A stretch of 64,000 nt of DNA from Escherichia coli (lineage in GTDB: Bacteria > Pseudomonadota > Gammaproteobacteria > Enterobacterales > Enterobacteriaceae): the NCBI RefSeq assembly GCF_024223415.1, contig NZ_CP100500.1; one strand, 5' to 3'. The notes under the pieces were generated by a model that saw nothing but the letters and a program-made list of their open reading frames with translations, had not been told where the DNA came from and searched no databases. A program made the translations under genes and the position numbers. Positions 17,403 through 31,791 of this stretch are shown in pieces; position 1 is the first letter of the stretch, and each line of letters begins with the position of its first letter.

Positions 17403-18821
17403 ATGCAGGAAAATATATCAGTAACCGATTCATACAGCACCGGGAATGCCGCACAGGCAATGCTGGAGAAACTGCTGCAAATTTATGATGTTAAAACGCT
17501 GGTGGCGCAGCTTAATGGTGTGGGTGAGAATCACTGGAGCGCGGCAATTTTAAAACGTGCGCTGGCGAATGACTCGGCATGGCACCGTTTAAGTGAGAAA
17601 GAGTTCGCCCATCTGCAAACGTTGTTACCCAAACCACCGGCACATCATCCGCATTATGCGTTTCGCTTTATCGATCTATTTGCCGGAATTGGCGGCATCC
17701 GTCGCGGTTTTGAATTGATTGGCGGACAATGCGTGTTTACCAGCGAATGGAACAAACATGCGGTACGCACTTATAAAGCCAACCATTATTGCGATCCGGC
17801 GACGCATCATTTTAATGAAGATATCCGCGATATCACCCTCAGCCATAAAGAAGGCGTGAGTGATGAGGCGGCGGCGGAACATATTCGTCAACACATTCCT
17901 GAACACGATGTTTTACTGGCCGGTTTCCCTTGTCAGCCATTTTCGCTGGCTGGCGTATCGAAAAAGAACTCGCTCGGGCGGGCGCACGGTTTTGCCTGCG
18001 ATACCCAGGGCACGCTGTTTTTTGATGTGGTACGCATTATCGACGCGCGTCGTCCGGCGATGTTTGTGCTCGAAAACGTCAAAAACCTGAAAAGTCACGA
18101 CCAGGGTAAAACGTTCCGCATCATCATGCAGACGCTGGACGAACTGGGCTATGACGTGGCTGATGCAGAAGATAACGGGCCGGACGATCCGAAAATCATC
18201 GATGGTAAACATTTTCTGCCGCAGCACCGTGAACGCATCGTGCTGGTGGGTTTTCGTCGCGATCTTAATCTGAAAGCCGATTTTACTCTGCGTGATATCA
18301 GCGAATGTTTCCCTGCACAGCGAGTGACGCTGGCGCAGCTGTTGGACCCGATGGTCGAGGCGAAATATATCCTGACGCCGGTGCTGTGGAAGTACCTCTA
18401 TCGATATGCGAAAAAACATCAGGCGCGCGGTAACGGCTTCGGTTATGGAATGGTTTATCCGAACAATCCGCAAAGCGTCACGCGTACGCTGTCTGCGCGT
18501 TATTACAAAGATGGCGCGGAAATTTTAATCGATCGCGGCTGGGATATGGCCACGGGTGAGAAAGATTTTGACGATCCGCTGAATCAGCAACATCGTCCAC
18601 GTCGGTTAACGCCTCGGGAATGCGCGCGCTTAATGGGTTTTGAAGCGCCGGGAGAAGCGAAATTCCGCATTCCGGTTTCGGACACTCAGGCCTATCGCCA
18701 GTTCGGTAACTCGGTGGTCGTGCCGGTCTTTGCCGCGCTGGCAAAACTGCTTGAGCCAAAAATCAAACAGGCGGTGGCGTTGCGTCAGCAAGAGGCACAA
18801 CATGGCCGACGTTCACGATAA
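17403..18821 (+). CDS. dcm: DNA-cytosine C5 methyltransferase Dcm (472 aa)
   Basis: [12 protein letters not shown] (motif I), GFPCQPFS (motif IV), ENV, QFGNSV motifs. Confidence 0.95.
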   Translation: MQENISVTDSYSTGNAAQAMLEKLLQIYDVKTLVAQLNGVGENHWSAAILKRALANDSAWHRLSEKEFAHLQTLLPKPPAHHPHYAFRFIDLFAGIGGIRRGFELIGGQCVFTSEWNKHAVRTYKANHYCDPATHHFNEDIRDITLSHKEGVSDEAAAEHIRQHIPEHDVLLAGFPCQPFSLAGVSKKNSLGRAHGFACDTQGTLFFDVVRIIDARRPAMFVLENVKNLKSHDQGKTFRIIMQTLDELGYDVADAEDNGPDDPKIIDGKHFLPQHRERIVLVGFRRDLNLKADFTLRDISECFPAQRVTLAQLLDPMVEAKYILTPVLWKYLYRYAKKHQARGNGFGYGMVYPNNPQSVTRTLSARYYKDGAEILIDRGWDMATGEKDFDDPLNQQHRPRRLTPRECARLMGFEAPGEAKFRIPVSDTQAYRQFGNSVVVPVFAALAKLLEPKIKQAVALRQQEAQHGRRSR

Positions 18822-19272
18822 GGCCACTCGCAGCAAAAATATGCGCGCGATTGCCACGCGTGATACGGCGATTGAGAAGCGCCTCGCCAGTCTGTTAACC
18901 GGGCAGGGCCTGGCGTTTCGCGTTCAGGACGCCAGTCTGCCCGGAAGCCCGGATTTTGTCGTTGATGAATATCGCTGCGTGATATTTACCCATGGCTGCT
19001 TCTGGCATCATCATCACTGCTATCTGTTTAAAGTGCCTGCGACTCGAACCGAGTTCTGGCTGGAGAAGATAGGTAAAAATGTTGAACGCGATCGCCGCGA
19101 TATCAGTCGTTTGCAGGAACTCGGCTGGCGCGTACTGATTGTCTGGGAGTGTGCATTACGTGGGCGCGAGAAGCTGACGGATGAAGCGCTTACCGAGCGT
19201 CTGGAAGAGTGGATCTGCGGCGAAGGTGCCAGCGCGCAGATCGACACGCAGGGGATTCATTTACTCGCTTGA
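18802..19272 (+). CDS. vsr: Very-short-patch repair endonuclease Vsr (156 aa)
   Basis: [32 protein letters not shown]...; start lies inside the dcm 3' end (20-nt overlap, different frame). Confidence 0.9.
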   Translation: MADVHDKATRSKNMRAIATRDTAIEKRLASLLTGQGLAFRVQDASLPGSPDFVVDEYRCVIFTHGCFWHHHHCYLFKVPATRTEFWLEKIGKNVERDRRDISRLQELGWRVLIVWECALRGREKLTDEALTERLEEWICGEGASAQIDTQGIHLLA

Positions 19273-20181
19273 TGCGTCCTGAATAACTGGCGCAACTAAG
19301 GGTTTTGCCGGGAAGAGATATTTTCCCAACGTGACCAGTACCACCGCGAAGACAATTACGCCGAGCGCCAGCCATTCAATCTTCGACAGCGTCTCTCCGC
19401 CCAGTCCCGTACCCAGCAAGACCGCGACCACCGGGTTAACGTAGGCGTAGCTGGTGGCGAGAGCCGGACTGACATTACGGATTAAATACATATAAGCGTT
19501 GATGGCGATAATCGAACCAAACAGCGCCAGATAGCCGACCGCAAGGAAGCCTGAAAGGGAAGGGAGCGCCGTCAGTTTTTCACCTGCAATCATCGACGCG
19601 ATCATTAACACCACGCCTGCCGCCAGCATCTCAATCGCACCCGCCATCATCCCTACAGGTAAGGTAATGCGCGAGCCATAAACCGAGCCAAACGCCCAGC
19701 TAATCGAGCCGATTAAAATCAGAATCGCGCCCCACGGATTGCCGCTTAAATTTCCACCGCTATTGAGCATGATGATTCCGGCAAGCCCAATGGCAATACC
19801 CACCCATTCCAGTTTGCGCGTTTTAATGCCAAACAGGCGGCTGAAGCACAGGGTAAAGAGGGGCACGGTTGCAACCACTACGGCGGCGATGCCGGAAGGA
19901 ACATTTTGATGTTCGGCAACCGTCACCATGCCATTACCGACAGCCAGCAATAATAGGCCAATCAGCGCGGCATTAAGCAGCGGACGTAGCGGGGGGAGTT
20001 TGTGTCCGCGCAGTAGCAAAAATGCCAGCAATAAAATACCGGCTGCCAGGAATCGCACGCCTGCCATCATTAACGGAGGCCAGCTTTCCACGCCAATCCG
20101 AATGACAAAATAGGTTGAGCCCCAAATGATATACAACGCAAACAGCGCGCCAAAAAGCGGTAACAACTGGCGGAAACGCAT
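19261..20181 (-). CDS. yedA: EamA/DMT-family transporter YedA (306 aa)
   Basis: MRFRQLLPLFGALFALYIIWGSTYFVIRIGV..., 10-TM DMT signature. Confidence 0.85.
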   Translation of the reverse strand: MRFRQLLPLFGALFALYIIWGSTYFVIRIGVESWPPLMMAGVRFLAAGILLLAFLLLRGHKLPPLRPLLNAALIGLLLLAVGNGMVTVAEHQNVPSGIAAVVVATVPLFTLCFSRLFGIKTRKLEWVGIAIGLAGIIMLNSGGNLSGNPWGAILILIGSISWAFGSVYGSRITLPVGMMAGAIEMLAAGVVLMIASMIAGEKLTALPSLSGFLAVGYLALFGSIIAINAYMYLIRNVSPALATSYAYVNPVVAVLLGTGLGGETLSKIEWLALGVIVFAVVLVTLGKYLFPAKPLVAPVIQDASSE

Positions 20182-20353
20182 AATCCCTCACGGTGGAAAT
20201 AAAAAGGTGGGTCATAGTAAACGTGAAAATCATTCTGCTGACGAGAGATATAATTGCACTTGATTGTTAAAAAAATGTTGACCTGTGAAGCAAGTATCAG
20301 AGCTGCCGTTTTTGCTTCATACTTACACCCTTCAACAATAAAAATGAGAGGGA

Positions 20354-21271
20354 ATGCTTTTGGCCGGGAGTAGTTTACTGACGTTGCTCGATGATATCGC
20401 CACACTGCTGGACGATATCTCCGTGATGGGCAAACTGGCGGCGAAGAAAACCGCCGGTGTATTAGGGGATGACTTATCGCTCAATGCGCAACAAGTTTCA
20501 GGCGTGCGGGCCAACCGGGAACTTCCCGTGGTCTGGGGCGTGGCGAAAGGATCGCTGATTAATAAAGTGATTCTGGTGCCGCTGGCGCTGATCATCAGTG
20601 CGTTTATCCCGTGGGCGATTACGCCTCTGTTGATGATTGGTGGCGCGTTTCTCTGCTTTGAAGGAGTAGAGAAAGTGCTGCATATGCTGGAGGCTCGTAA
20701 ACATAAAGAAGATCCGGCGCAGAGCCAGCAGCGTCTGGAGAAGCTGGCGGCGCAGGATCCGCTGAAGTTTGAAAAGGACAAAATAAAAGGGGCGATTCGT
20801 ACCGATTTTATATTGTCTGCGGAAATCGTCGCCATCACGCTGGGGATTGTGGCCGAAGCGCCGTTGCTTAATCAGGTGCTGGTGCTTTCAGGCATCGCGC
20901 TGGTAGTGACCGTGGGCGTCTACGGTCTGGTAGGGGTTATCGTTAAGATTGATGACCTGGGGTATTGGCTGGCGGAAAAATCCAGCGCGCTGATGCAGGC
21001 ATTAGGTAAAGGGTTATTGATCATTGCGCCCTGGTTGATGAAAGCATTATCGATTGTCGGCACGCTGGCGATGTTCCTCGTCGGCGGCGGGATTGTGGTA
21101 CATGGTATTGCGCCGCTGCATCACGCCATTGAACATTTCGCCGGGCAGCAAAGTGCAGTGGTGGCGATGATATTACCGACTGTTTTAAATCTGATTCTTG
21201 GATTTATCATCGGCGGCATCGTGGTGCTGGGAGTGAAAGCCGTAGCGAAAATACGCGGTCAGGCACATTAA
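20354..21271 (+). CDS. yedI: DUF808 inner-membrane protein YedI (305 aa)
   Basis: [41 protein letters not shown]... Confidence 0.85.
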   Translation: MLLAGSSLLTLLDDIATLLDDISVMGKLAAKKTAGVLGDDLSLNAQQVSGVRANRELPVVWGVAKGSLINKVILVPLALIISAFIPWAITPLLMIGGAFLCFEGVEKVLHMLEARKHKEDPAQSQQRLEKLAAQDPLKFEKDKIKGAIRTDFILSAEIVAITLGIVAEAPLLNQVLVLSGIALVVTVGVYGLVGVIVKIDDLGYWLAEKSSALMQALGKGLLIIAPWLMKALSIVGTLAMFLVGGGIVVHGIAPLHHAIEHFAGQQSAVVAMILPTVLNLILGFIIGGIVVLGVKAVAKIRGQAH

Positions 21272-21349
21272 TACTCGCACAGGCTATTATGCAAAATTCG
21301 CCATCTTCAACTAAGGTGAACAAGTTTCACTCGAAAAAAGGAGGCGAGT

Positions 21350-21592
21350 ATGAGCTTTATGGTTAGTGAGGAAGTTACGGTTAAAGAGGGCGGCCCGCGG
21401 ATGATTGTCACTGGATACTCCAGCGGTATGGTTGAGTGTCGTTGGTATGACGGTTACGGGGTCAAGCGGGAGCTTTTCATGAAACCGAGCTTGTTCCGGG
21501 GGAGGGGAGTCGTTCTGCGGAAGAAGTTTGAAAGGGTATCATTAACACCAGGCCGGATCACATCCGGCCTGGTGTGCCAATGCCTGCAATGA
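21350..21592 (+). pseudogene. yodC: yodC (DUF2158), probably frameshifted: present frame gives 80 aa; a -1-nt correction after codon 41 gives a 60-aa product ending at 21529..21531
   Basis: First 41 codons MSFMVSEEVTVKEGGPRMIVTGYSSGMVECRWYDGYGVKRE; the alternative frame continues FHETELVPGEGSRSAEEV-stop, while the in-frame tail reads through a perfect hairpin. Confidence 0.5.
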
Positions 21593-21701
21593 ATGATAGT
21601 CGCGTCTTATCATGCCACCATTATAAAATTATCGCTGTTTTGCGGTACGCTATCGCCAGGTTATGCCAGAATCATAAAAAAGCAGGTTGGGAGTCGTCAG
21701 G

Positions 21702-24226
<2,525 letters not shown>

Positions 24227-24405
24227 TTACCAGGATGATTCTCAAAACAGCACAAATTATCAAAGATGATTTTTTCGGGAGCGATCCCGCTGACGCCAGA
24301 GCCACCAAGGGGTGACGTGCGTCACATTTCTATTCATAAGTAGCGTTAATCATTCATATAGCGAATATTTTCTTGTCAGCGAAAAAAATTGCGGATAAGG
24401 TGATG

Positions 24406-24492
24406 AACACATCAGATTTCCTGGTGTAACGAATTTTTTAAGTGCTTCTTGCTTAAGCAAGTTTCATCCCGACCCCCTCAGGGTCGGGATTT
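24406..24492 (+). ncRNA. dsrA: DsrA small regulatory RNA (87 nt)
   Basis: AACACATCAGATTTCCTGGTGTAACGAATTTTTTAAGTGCTTCTTGCTTAAGCAAGTTTCATCCCGACCCCCTCAGGGTCGGGATTT, matches DsrA including the terminator. Confidence 0.95.
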
Positions 24493-24505
24493 TTTTATTG
24501 TGCAT

Positions 24506-24733
24506 TCAACGATTCACTTCAGAGACGCTGAAGTCATGAATATCCAGTTCGAAGGCATCCGCCAATTCACGCCATGTATGATATTCACGTCCATCGACGC
24601 TAACGTGTTCAGAATCGTTCTGGCTGCGATGAACCTCGCTTTCGCTAATTTCATTGATCGCCGCCAGCAGGGCATCGACATCGACGCTGACCTCACGTTT
24701 TGCGGTATCGCTGTACTCTTTTGCGGTTTTCAT
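24506..24733 (-). CDS. yodD: Stress-induced small protein YodD (75 aa)
   Basis: MKTAKEYSDTAKREVSVDVDALLAAINEISESEVHRSQNDSEHVSVDGREYHTWRELADAFELDIHDFSVSEVNR. Confidence 0.85.
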   Translation of the reverse strand: MKTAKEYSDTAKREVSVDVDALLAAINEISESEVHRSQNDSEHVSVDGREYHTWRELADAFELDIHDFSVSEVNR

Positions 24734-24805
24734 CATCTTTCCTCGCAACCGTTACTCTGTTGTTGCCGCCAGTCGTTAAGTCCGCCTGGCATCTCTTAAG
24801 TATAG

Positions 24806-25084
<279 letters not shown>

Positions 25085-25095
25085 TCTTATTCAGC

Positions 25096-25121
25096 CTGAC
25101 TGGTGGGAAACCACCAGTCAG
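25096..25121. terminator. Bidirectional terminator hairpin between convergent dsrB and rcsA
   Basis: CTGACTGGTGG-GAAA-CCACCAGTCAG perfect stem. Confidence 0.6.
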
Positions 25122-25127
25122 AATGTG

Positions 25128-25751
25128 TTAGCGCATGTTGACAAAAATACCATTAGTCACATTATCCGTCAGTCGGACGACATGGTAGATAACCTGTTTA
25201 TTATGCGTTTTGATCTTACGTTTAATATTACCTTTATGCGATGAAACGGTCTTGGCTTTGATATTCATTTGGTCAGAGATTTGAATGGTTCCCTGACCTG
25301 CCATCCACATTCGCAACATACTCGATTCGGTTCGGCTCAATGATAACGTCGGCATATTTAAAAAAGAGGTTATCGTTGTCTCTTTTTTCAGAATATCGCC
25401 AAGGATATCGTCGAGAGATTCCGGTTTAATCGATTTAGAACTTATCAATAAATTTTTTCTGACCAATAGATATTCATCAAAATGAACATTGGCAATTGCC
25501 ATAAAAACGATAAATAACGTATTGGGATGTTGATTAATGATGTGCTTGATGTGCTGACTGTTAGAAGCATCATGGATGAAACAGTCCTCATTAATAAACA
25601 CCACTGAAGGGCGCTGTGAATCACAAGCTATGGCAAGGTCATCAACGGTTTCAATGTCGTTGATTTCTCTTTTTTTAACCCCTCTACTCAACAGATACCC
25701 GGTTAAACCTAGTCGGGTGTAACTACATAAATCCATAATAATCGTTGACAT
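25128..25751 (-). CDS. rcsA: Capsule synthesis co-regulator RcsA (207 aa)
   Basis: [39 protein letters not shown]..., LuxR-type HTH at C-terminus. Confidence 0.95.
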
Positions 25752-26040
25752 GGCATACCCTCACTCAATGCGTAACGATAATTCCCCTTACCTGAATATT
25801 TCATCATGACTAAACGGAACAACATGGGTCACCTAATGCGCCACTCTCGCGATTTTTCAGGCGGACTTACTATCCCGTAAAGTGTTGTATAATTTGCCTG
25901 GAATTGTCTTAAAGTAAAGTAAATGTTGCGATATGTGAGTGAGCTTAAAACAAATATTTCGCCGCAGGAGTATCCTGGAAGATGTTCGTAGGTATTATTT
26001 TTCGGATAATCCTTAGGATAACATGATAAACGTTACGGAA

Positions 26041-26826
26041 TTATATTAATGGCAATTCACTAATAATATCAGCCAGCAAATTAAACATCTCACTGAATAA
26101 ATGTTCGCAAAAAGGCGCAATTAACGGCATTAATGCCGCCATTAAAGAGATACCGACAGTCAGAGTTAATGGAAATCCAATAACAAAAATGGATAATTGC
26201 GGGGCCATACGATTCAGTAAACCTAATGCCAGATTCAGGGTCAGCAGCAGAGTAATGAGCGGTAACGCCAGCATCAGCCCGTTAAGGAAAATCAAACTCC
26301 CTGCTTTGGTGAGTGCCAGAAACGCATTGCTGTTCAACGGTTCGCCACCAATCGGCAGGGTGTGAAAGGTATCGACCAGCAGTGAAATCAACCATAAATG
26401 ACCGTTAAATGTCAGGAACAGCAGTAACGCCAGCATATCCATGATACGCGCTAGAACGGGCATGTTGAGATGGCTGGCCGGATCGACAAACGTCGCAAAT
26501 GACAGCCCCATTTGCAGACCGATAATTTCGCCAGCGGTTCGCACAGCGGCAAAGGCAAATTGCATGGTGAAACCAAGCGCAATGCCGATCAGGATCTGCT
26601 GCACGGCCAGCCACAGAGCAAAGAACGAAAAAACAGGAACATCGTTGGCAGGTAATGATGGGGCAATAGCGAACGTGATCATCATTGCCAGACCCAGTTT
26701 TACCCGCTTCGGCACGCTGCGTTCGCTCAGAATTGGCGCGGTAGAAATGAGCGCCAGCACGCGCAGTAACGGCCAGAAGTACAGACTTAGCCAGGAAAGC
26801 CATTGATCGCTTGTCACCTGCAACAT
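26041..26826 (-). CDS. fliR: Flagellar export apparatus protein FliR (261 aa)
   Basis: [35 protein letters not shown]... Confidence 0.9.
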   Translation of the reverse strand: MLQVTSDQWLSWLSLYFWPLLRVLALISTAPILSERSVPKRVKLGLAMMITFAIAPSLPANDVPVFSFFALWLAVQQILIGIALGFTMQFAFAAVRTAGEIIGLQMGLSFATFVDPASHLNMPVLARIMDMLALLLFLTFNGHLWLISLLVDTFHTLPIGGEPLNSNAFLALTKAGSLIFLNGLMLALPLITLLLTLNLALGLLNRMAPQLSIFVIGFPLTLTVGISLMAALMPLIAPFCEHLFSEMFNLLADIISELPLI

Positions 26827-26833
26827 AGTACGG

Positions 26834-27103
26834 CTACCCGATGGTATACGGCAGGTTAGTGAACAAGGTGCGGACGTAATCCAGCAACAGATTGAGCATC
26901 CACGGTCCGGCAATAATAATGGCAATAAATACGGCGATGATTTTCGGAATAAACGACAGCGTCATTTCGTTAATCTGGGTGGCGGCCTGCAAAATACTGA
27001 TGATAAGGCCCGTGACCAACGCTACCAACAATAGCGGGGCAGCCAGTGCCAGCGCGACTTTCATCGCTTCAGTCCCCATCATCATGACCGATTCAGGTGT
27101 CAT
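26834..27103 (-). CDS. fliQ: Flagellar export apparatus protein FliQ (89 aa)
   Basis: [55 protein letters not shown]... Confidence 0.9.
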   Translation of the reverse strand: MTPESVMMMGTEAMKVALALAAPLLLVALVTGLIISILQAATQINEMTLSFIPKIIAVFIAIIIAGPWMLNLLLDYVRTLFTNLPYTIG

Positions 27104-27112
27104 TTTGCCTCT

Positions 27113-27850
27113 CTAGCTGTAAAAGCTCTGCGCCAGCGAACCGACCAGCAATTGCCAGCCATCCACCAGTACAAACAGCATCAGTTTAAAGGGCAGAGCA
27201 ATGGTGGCGGGGGGAACCATCATCATCCCTAATGCCATCAACACGCTGGCTATCACCAGGTCGATAATCAAAAAAGGGATGAAAATCGTGAAGCCTATCT
27301 GAAATGCGGTTTTCAACTCGCTGGTCACGTAGGCCGGGAGCAAAATGCGCATCGGCACGGCTTCAGGTCCCTGCAACGGGTCGGTATTCGCTAGTCTGGC
27401 AAACAACCCTAAATCTGCCTCACGGGTCTGACGCAGCATAAACTCACGTAGCGGCTGCGCCCCTTTTTCCAGCGCCTCCTGCATTGATATTTTCTCTTCG
27501 CTGAATGGCTGGTACGCATCGACATAAATTTTGTCGATCACCGGTGACATAATAAAAAAGGTCAAAAATAGTGCCAGCCCCAGCAATACCTGGTTAGGTG
27601 GCGCGGAGGGCGTTCCCAGCGCGTTACGCAATAAACCAAAAACAATGATGATGCGGGTGAAACTGGTCATCATCAGTAAAATTGCCGGAATAAACGTCAA
27701 CGAGGTGATGAACACCAGCGTCTGCACCGGGAGCGACCAGCTTTGTCCACCGCCAGGCAGCGGCTGGCTGGTGATACCCGGCAGTTGCGCGAAGGCGAGG
27801 GGCGTAACCAGCCAGAGAAGGACAGGTGCGATAGACAACAAACGACGCAT
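27113..27850 (-). CDS. fliP: Flagellar export apparatus protein FliP (245 aa)
   Basis: [70 protein letters not shown]... Confidence 0.9.
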   Translation of the reverse strand: MRRLLSIAPVLLWLVTPLAFAQLPGITSQPLPGGGQSWSLPVQTLVFITSLTFIPAILLMMTSFTRIIIVFGLLRNALGTPSAPPNQVLLGLALFLTFFIMSPVIDKIYVDAYQPFSEEKISMQEALEKGAQPLREFMLRQTREADLGLFARLANTDPLQGPEAVPMRILLPAYVTSELKTAFQIGFTIFIPFLIIDLVIASVLMALGMMMVPPATIALPFKLMLFVLVDGWQLLVGSLAQSFYS

Positions 27851-28218
27851 CAGGATCTCCCACTACGCTTAAGCAAATTTTTCATGACCGACTGAAAATC
27901 GGTTTGCGGTATCTCTTCTGTTGGTGCTGAAGGGGGAAGTTTATGCAGCAGATTGATTTGCCCTGCGGTAACGCCGAGCACCAGCCGTGCATCTTCCACA
28001 TCGACCACCACAACCCGTTCACGCGCGCCCAGCGAAGCACTGGCGCTAATTTTCAGACCGTTAACGCCAGTGCGTTTCGGGGCAAATCCCAACCGTTTTA
28101 CCAGCCAGGCAGCAGCGAGGATCAGGGCAATAATGGCGATGAGTGCGCCGCTGACCTGCAGCAGTGGCGCAGCAGAAACCGGCGTGGAAGATTGCACAGT
28201 AGCGTGGTTATTCATCAC
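27850..28218 (-). CDS. fliO: Flagellar protein FliO (121-122 aa)
   Basis: [45 protein letters not shown]... Confidence 0.85.
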   Translation of the reverse strand: MMNNHATVQSSTPVSAAPLLQVSGALIAIIALILAAAWLVKRLGFAPKRTGVNGLKISASASLGARERVVVVDVEDARLVLGVTAGQINLLHKLPPSAPTEEIPQTDFQSVMKNLLKRSGRS

Positions 28219-28631
28219 TAACGGCTCAGGCGACGCATTCGCTCAGACGGAGTAATGATATCGGTGATCCGCACGCCATATTTATCGGCAACGACCACCA
28301 CTTCGCCCTGGGCGATTAAATAACCGTTGATCAGAATATCCAGTGGTTCGCCCGCCAGACCGTCCAGCGCCACGACGGACCCTTGCGTCAGACGCAACAG
28401 CTCTTTGATGGTCATCCGCGTACGGCCCAGCTCGACGGTCAGCTTGACCGGAATATCCATTATCAGGTCGATATCCTGCAACGTTCCGCTGACATCACCA
28501 CCGCCAAATTGCTGGAACACCGCGTCGGCAGCGCTTTTGCTGCTGGTTGATTTTTGTTCGCTCAACGCTTCAGCCCACAGATCGTCCATTGCGCCGTTGT
28601 TGTCATCGGCCGGATTATTCATGTCACTCAT
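28218..28631 (-). CDS. fliN: Flagellar motor switch protein FliN (137 aa)
   Basis: MSDMNNPADDNNGAMDDLWAEALSEQKSTSSKSAADAVFQQF... Confidence 0.9.
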   Translation of the reverse strand: MSDMNNPADDNNGAMDDLWAEALSEQKSTSSKSAADAVFQQFGGGDVSGTLQDIDLIMDIPVKLTVELGRTRMTIKELLRLTQGSVVALDGLAGEPLDILINGYLIAQGEVVVVADKYGVRITDIITPSERMRRLSR

Positions 28632-29632
28632 TTGGGCTGTTCCTCGTTCAGAGAATTTAAAATCGGGTTAATCAAATGTTCTATCCGTAACGCATACTGA
28701 CCGTTGAGAGTGCCGTACTGACTGGTCAGCACCGGGACGCCGTCAACATGGGCGATGATGCGATCGGGTTTTTCTATCGGCAGGACGTCGCCGGGTTTCA
28801 GTTTTAAAATCTGCGACAGGCGTAGCGAGATATCGGCAAAGTTGGCGACCAGCTCCAGCTGTGAATGCTGCACCTGGCGCACCAGGTTATCGCGCCAGTT
28901 CTGATCTTCATTACGCGAGTTTTCCAGCGGCGGGTTAACCAACAATTCCCGTAGCGGCTCGATCATGCTGAATGGCAGACAGATATTAAATTCGCCGGTC
29001 AGGTTGCCAATCTCCACATGGAACGGCGTGTTAACCACAATGTCGTTCGGCGAGGTGGTGATATTGGTAAATTTCACCTGCATTTCCGAACGCACGTACT
29101 CAACTTCCAGCGGATTAATCGCCTTCCAGGCGTCGCTATAGCCTTCAAGCGCCAGCTTTAACATGCGGTTGATGACGCGCTGTTCGGTATGGGTAAACTC
29201 GCGACCTTCCACTTTGGTCGGGAAGCGTCCATCGCCGCCAAACAGGTTATCCACGGCGATAAACACCAGACTCGGTGAAAACACCACCAGCCCTGTGCCG
29301 CGCAGCGGTTTCAGATGGATAAGGTTCAGGTTGGTCGGCACCGGCAGGTTGCGGGCAAATTCATGGTACGGCTGAATGCGGATGGCCCCGACGGTTATAT
29401 CCGGGCTACGACGCAGCAGGTTGAACAGCCCCATACGAAAATGGCGGGCAAAGCGCTCATTAATGATTTCCAGCGCCTGCAAACGTTCGCGCACAACCCG
29501 TCGTTGGGTATTCGGATCGTACGGACGAATGTCACTTTCGCCGCTAACACTGGCTGTCGGTTCGTCTTTGACTTCGCTGTCACCATTCAACAGCGCATCA
29601 ATTTCAGCTTGAGAAAGAATACTATCGCCCAT
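28628..29632 (-). CDS. fliM: Flagellar motor switch protein FliM (334 aa)
   Basis: MGDSILSQAEIDALLNGDSEVKDEPTASVSGESDIRPYDPNTQRRVVRERLQALEIINERFARHF... Confidence 0.9.
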   Translation of the reverse strand: MGDSILSQAEIDALLNGDSEVKDEPTASVSGESDIRPYDPNTQRRVVRERLQALEIINERFARHFRMGLFNLLRRSPDITVGAIRIQPYHEFARNLPVPTNLNLIHLKPLRGTGLVVFSPSLVFIAVDNLFGGDGRFPTKVEGREFTHTEQRVINRMLKLALEGYSDAWKAINPLEVEYVRSEMQVKFTNITTSPNDIVVNTPFHVEIGNLTGEFNICLPFSMIEPLRELLVNPPLENSRNEDQNWRDNLVRQVQHSQLELVANFADISLRLSQILKLKPGDVLPIEKPDRIIAHVDGVPVLTSQYGTLNGQYALRIEHLINPILNSLNEEQPK

Positions 29633-29636
29633 GTCG

Positions 29637-30101
29637 TTATCGCAGAATAAAAGCGGTATACAGCACGTCGGTGACATCCTGTTTCGGTTGCCCGGCAACA
29701 AGCGGGGTGGAAAGCGTGGTTTTAATCTCGGCAATCAGGTTTTTCTTGCCTTCTTCTGTCGCCAGTACGGCAGCATCCTGACGCGAAAACAGTAACAGCA
29801 AACGGCTACGGACTTCCGGCAAATACTCACTCAGCCGCGAGCGGGTAGCTTCATCTTTCAGGCGCAGGGTTATGCCGATATAAAGTACGCGATCTGCATC
29901 GCCCAGATTGACCGTAAAGGTATCCAGCGCATAGAAGACCGGGGAGGGCACGACGCGTTGCTGCGCTTTGTCGTCAGCGGCAACCTGATGCGAATGCCAG
30001 TAGCTGTAACCTGCGCTGGCACAGGCCGCGAGGGTAATGAATACCAGAATCGGGATCCAAAGCGATCGCTTGCTTTTCTTGCTTATCGCGTAATCAGTCA
30101 T
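29637..30101 (-). CDS. fliL: Flagellar basal-body-associated protein FliL (154 aa)
   Basis: [39 protein letters not shown]... Confidence 0.9.
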   Translation of the reverse strand: MTDYAISKKSKRSLWIPILVFITLAACASAGYSYWHSHQVAADDKAQQRVVPSPVFYALDTFTVNLGDADRVLYIGITLRLKDEATRSRLSEYLPEVRSRLLLLFSRQDAAVLATEEGKKNLIAEIKTTLSTPLVAGQPKQDVTDVLYTAFILR

Positions 30102-30205
30102 GTGTTGCGGTCTTCCTGTGTCGCTACTGCTTATCGGCTAATTATCCTGCGTCTTGAGCGCAACAAAGCGGGGAAAAGACGCGGATTACGGTGCTACCTC
30201 TGACG

Positions 30206-31333
30206 TTAGGCGAAAATATCAACGCCGCTGTTGCCTGTTACACGTACTTGTAAAGAGACGGGAACCGGAAGCGTATCGTCGTCTTCCCCCGCCAGAGGTT
30301 CATGGTTTGCTGTGCGTTGGCTTTGCTGTTGCTGGGAAGCGGCCTGCTGCTGACCACTAAAGCTTTCGCCACTGATGTTGCTTTGCCCTAACTGAATGCC
30401 ACTTTCGGCCAGCTGCGTTCGCAGTACCGGAAGCGCTGCTTCCAGGGCGGCGCGTACGTGTTGATGCGGTGAAACCATCTGGATTTGCGCCTGGTTATCA
30501 TCCACTTTGAGGGAGATTTGCACTTCACCTAAATCCTGCGGGTGCAGACGCAACTCTGCACTTTGTTGCCCCTGGCGGGTGAACAGCGAAATATGCTGGC
30601 TTAATGATTGTTGCCATTCGTGAGAACCCAGCGGTGCACTCAACACAGGCGCGGCGACGGTGGGCAGTGGCTGTGTCTGGTGTGGAGTGATTAGCGGGCT
30701 GGCGGCAGCGGTCACCGGTGAAGGTGTGCTGATGACTTCCGCTTTACTCTGGGCTTCTGCTACCAGCGGTGTTAATGGCTGAGCTGGCGTGCCGGGGGCA
30801 TCATCAGGCTGTGCTGTTGTGAGTTGCGCAGAAGTCAGTTTTGTGAAGAGCGTTGGTTTCTCTGCCGGTAACACGGTTGACGGCACATCAGTCACTTTGG
30901 GCGTATTGTCAAAACCCGGCAACATCGCAAAAAGGGCGCTCAGGCTTGCGGTGACGTCTTCATTCAGATCATCCGCTTTTTCGTCTTTTGCCGTATTGTT
31001 GCCAGCCACCGCAGCCAACGTCATCGTTTGAGCGGTGGTTAATGGTGTTGATGTGGATTGTTCGTCGTTGATGACAGGCGGTGTTTCATCCACGGGGATC
31101 AGTAAATCCGCTTGTTGCGCGTCGGCAAGAATATCGCTGATCAGCGGCTCGCCTTTTGTCGTGGGCTTATCTGTTGCCACCAGCAACTGGGGGGCCGCTT
31201 TGTCGGTAGTTGTCTCGCCTGCTAATGCTTCGCTCAACAACGCGAGAAAATCTTGTGCAGCATCGCTGGCTTTGCCGCCAGGCAATGTGGTGGTGTCAAC
31301 GTCGGCGGTAATTAAGGGCGCTAAGCGAATCAT
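30206..31333 (-). CDS. fliK: Flagellar hook-length control protein FliK (375 aa)
   Basis: [74 protein letters not shown]..., Pro/Gln-rich. Confidence 0.9.
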   Translation of the reverse strand: MIRLAPLITADVDTTTLPGGKASDAAQDFLALLSEALAGETTTDKAAPQLLVATDKPTTKGEPLISDILADAQQADLLIPVDETPPVINDEQSTSTPLTTAQTMTLAAVAGNNTAKDEKADDLNEDVTASLSALFAMLPGFDNTPKVTDVPSTVLPAEKPTLFTKLTSAQLTTAQPDDAPGTPAQPLTPLVAEAQSKAEVISTPSPVTAAASPLITPHQTQPLPTVAAPVLSAPLGSHEWQQSLSQHISLFTRQGQQSAELRLHPQDLGEVQISLKVDDNQAQIQMVSPHQHVRAALEAALPVLRTQLAESGIQLGQSNISGESFSGQQQAASQQQQSQRTANHEPLAGEDDDTLPVPVSLQVRVTGNSGVDIFA

Positions 31334-31773
31334 TCAGGTTTCCTCATGGCGGCGCGCTGGGCGAACTCATCCATCTTTTTCTGATCGAGGCGGTTTTCTG
31401 CAAGCAGTGCCGCCGTGGATTGCCGTTCCTGCAGTGTCTGCCAGGCCTGCAAACGTTGTTTCTTTTCTCGCCAGCTGTTCAGGGCAATGTCAACTTTCTG
31501 CGTCCACTGATTAAGTTGCTGGCGATGCTGAGTAATGGCTTTTTCCAGCGTCTGGATAAACTGCTGATAGTTGATCCAGCGGTTGCTGGTCATCCCGGCA
31601 CTCATATCGCTGTTGAGGTTATTGCGATATTCATTCTGATAATCGATCAGCATTTTGAGCTGTTCTTCCGCCTGCTGACACCCGCGACGCATTTCACCCA
31701 GCAGGCGCGCGGCATCCTCTACCTCTTTTTCTGCCAGATCTTTCAGGGTCGCCAGCGCGCCATGTTCTGCCAT
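31330..31773 (-). CDS. fliJ: Flagellar export chaperone FliJ (147 aa)
   Basis: [53 protein letters not shown]... Confidence 0.9.
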   Translation of the reverse strand: MAEHGALATLKDLAEKEVEDAARLLGEMRRGCQQAEEQLKMLIDYQNEYRNNLNSDMSAGMTSNRWINYQQFIQTLEKAITQHRQQLNQWTQKVDIALNSWREKKQRLQAWQTLQERQSTAALLAENRLDQKKMDEFAQRAAMRKPE

Positions 31774-31791
31774 CTGCCGTTATCTCCTGGG

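Noticed and set aside
18640-18801. Upstream 54-codon extension of the vsr ORF (ORF track 18640..19272)
   Set aside because: Extension lies inside dcm in another frame; the Vsr product matches a start at 18802.
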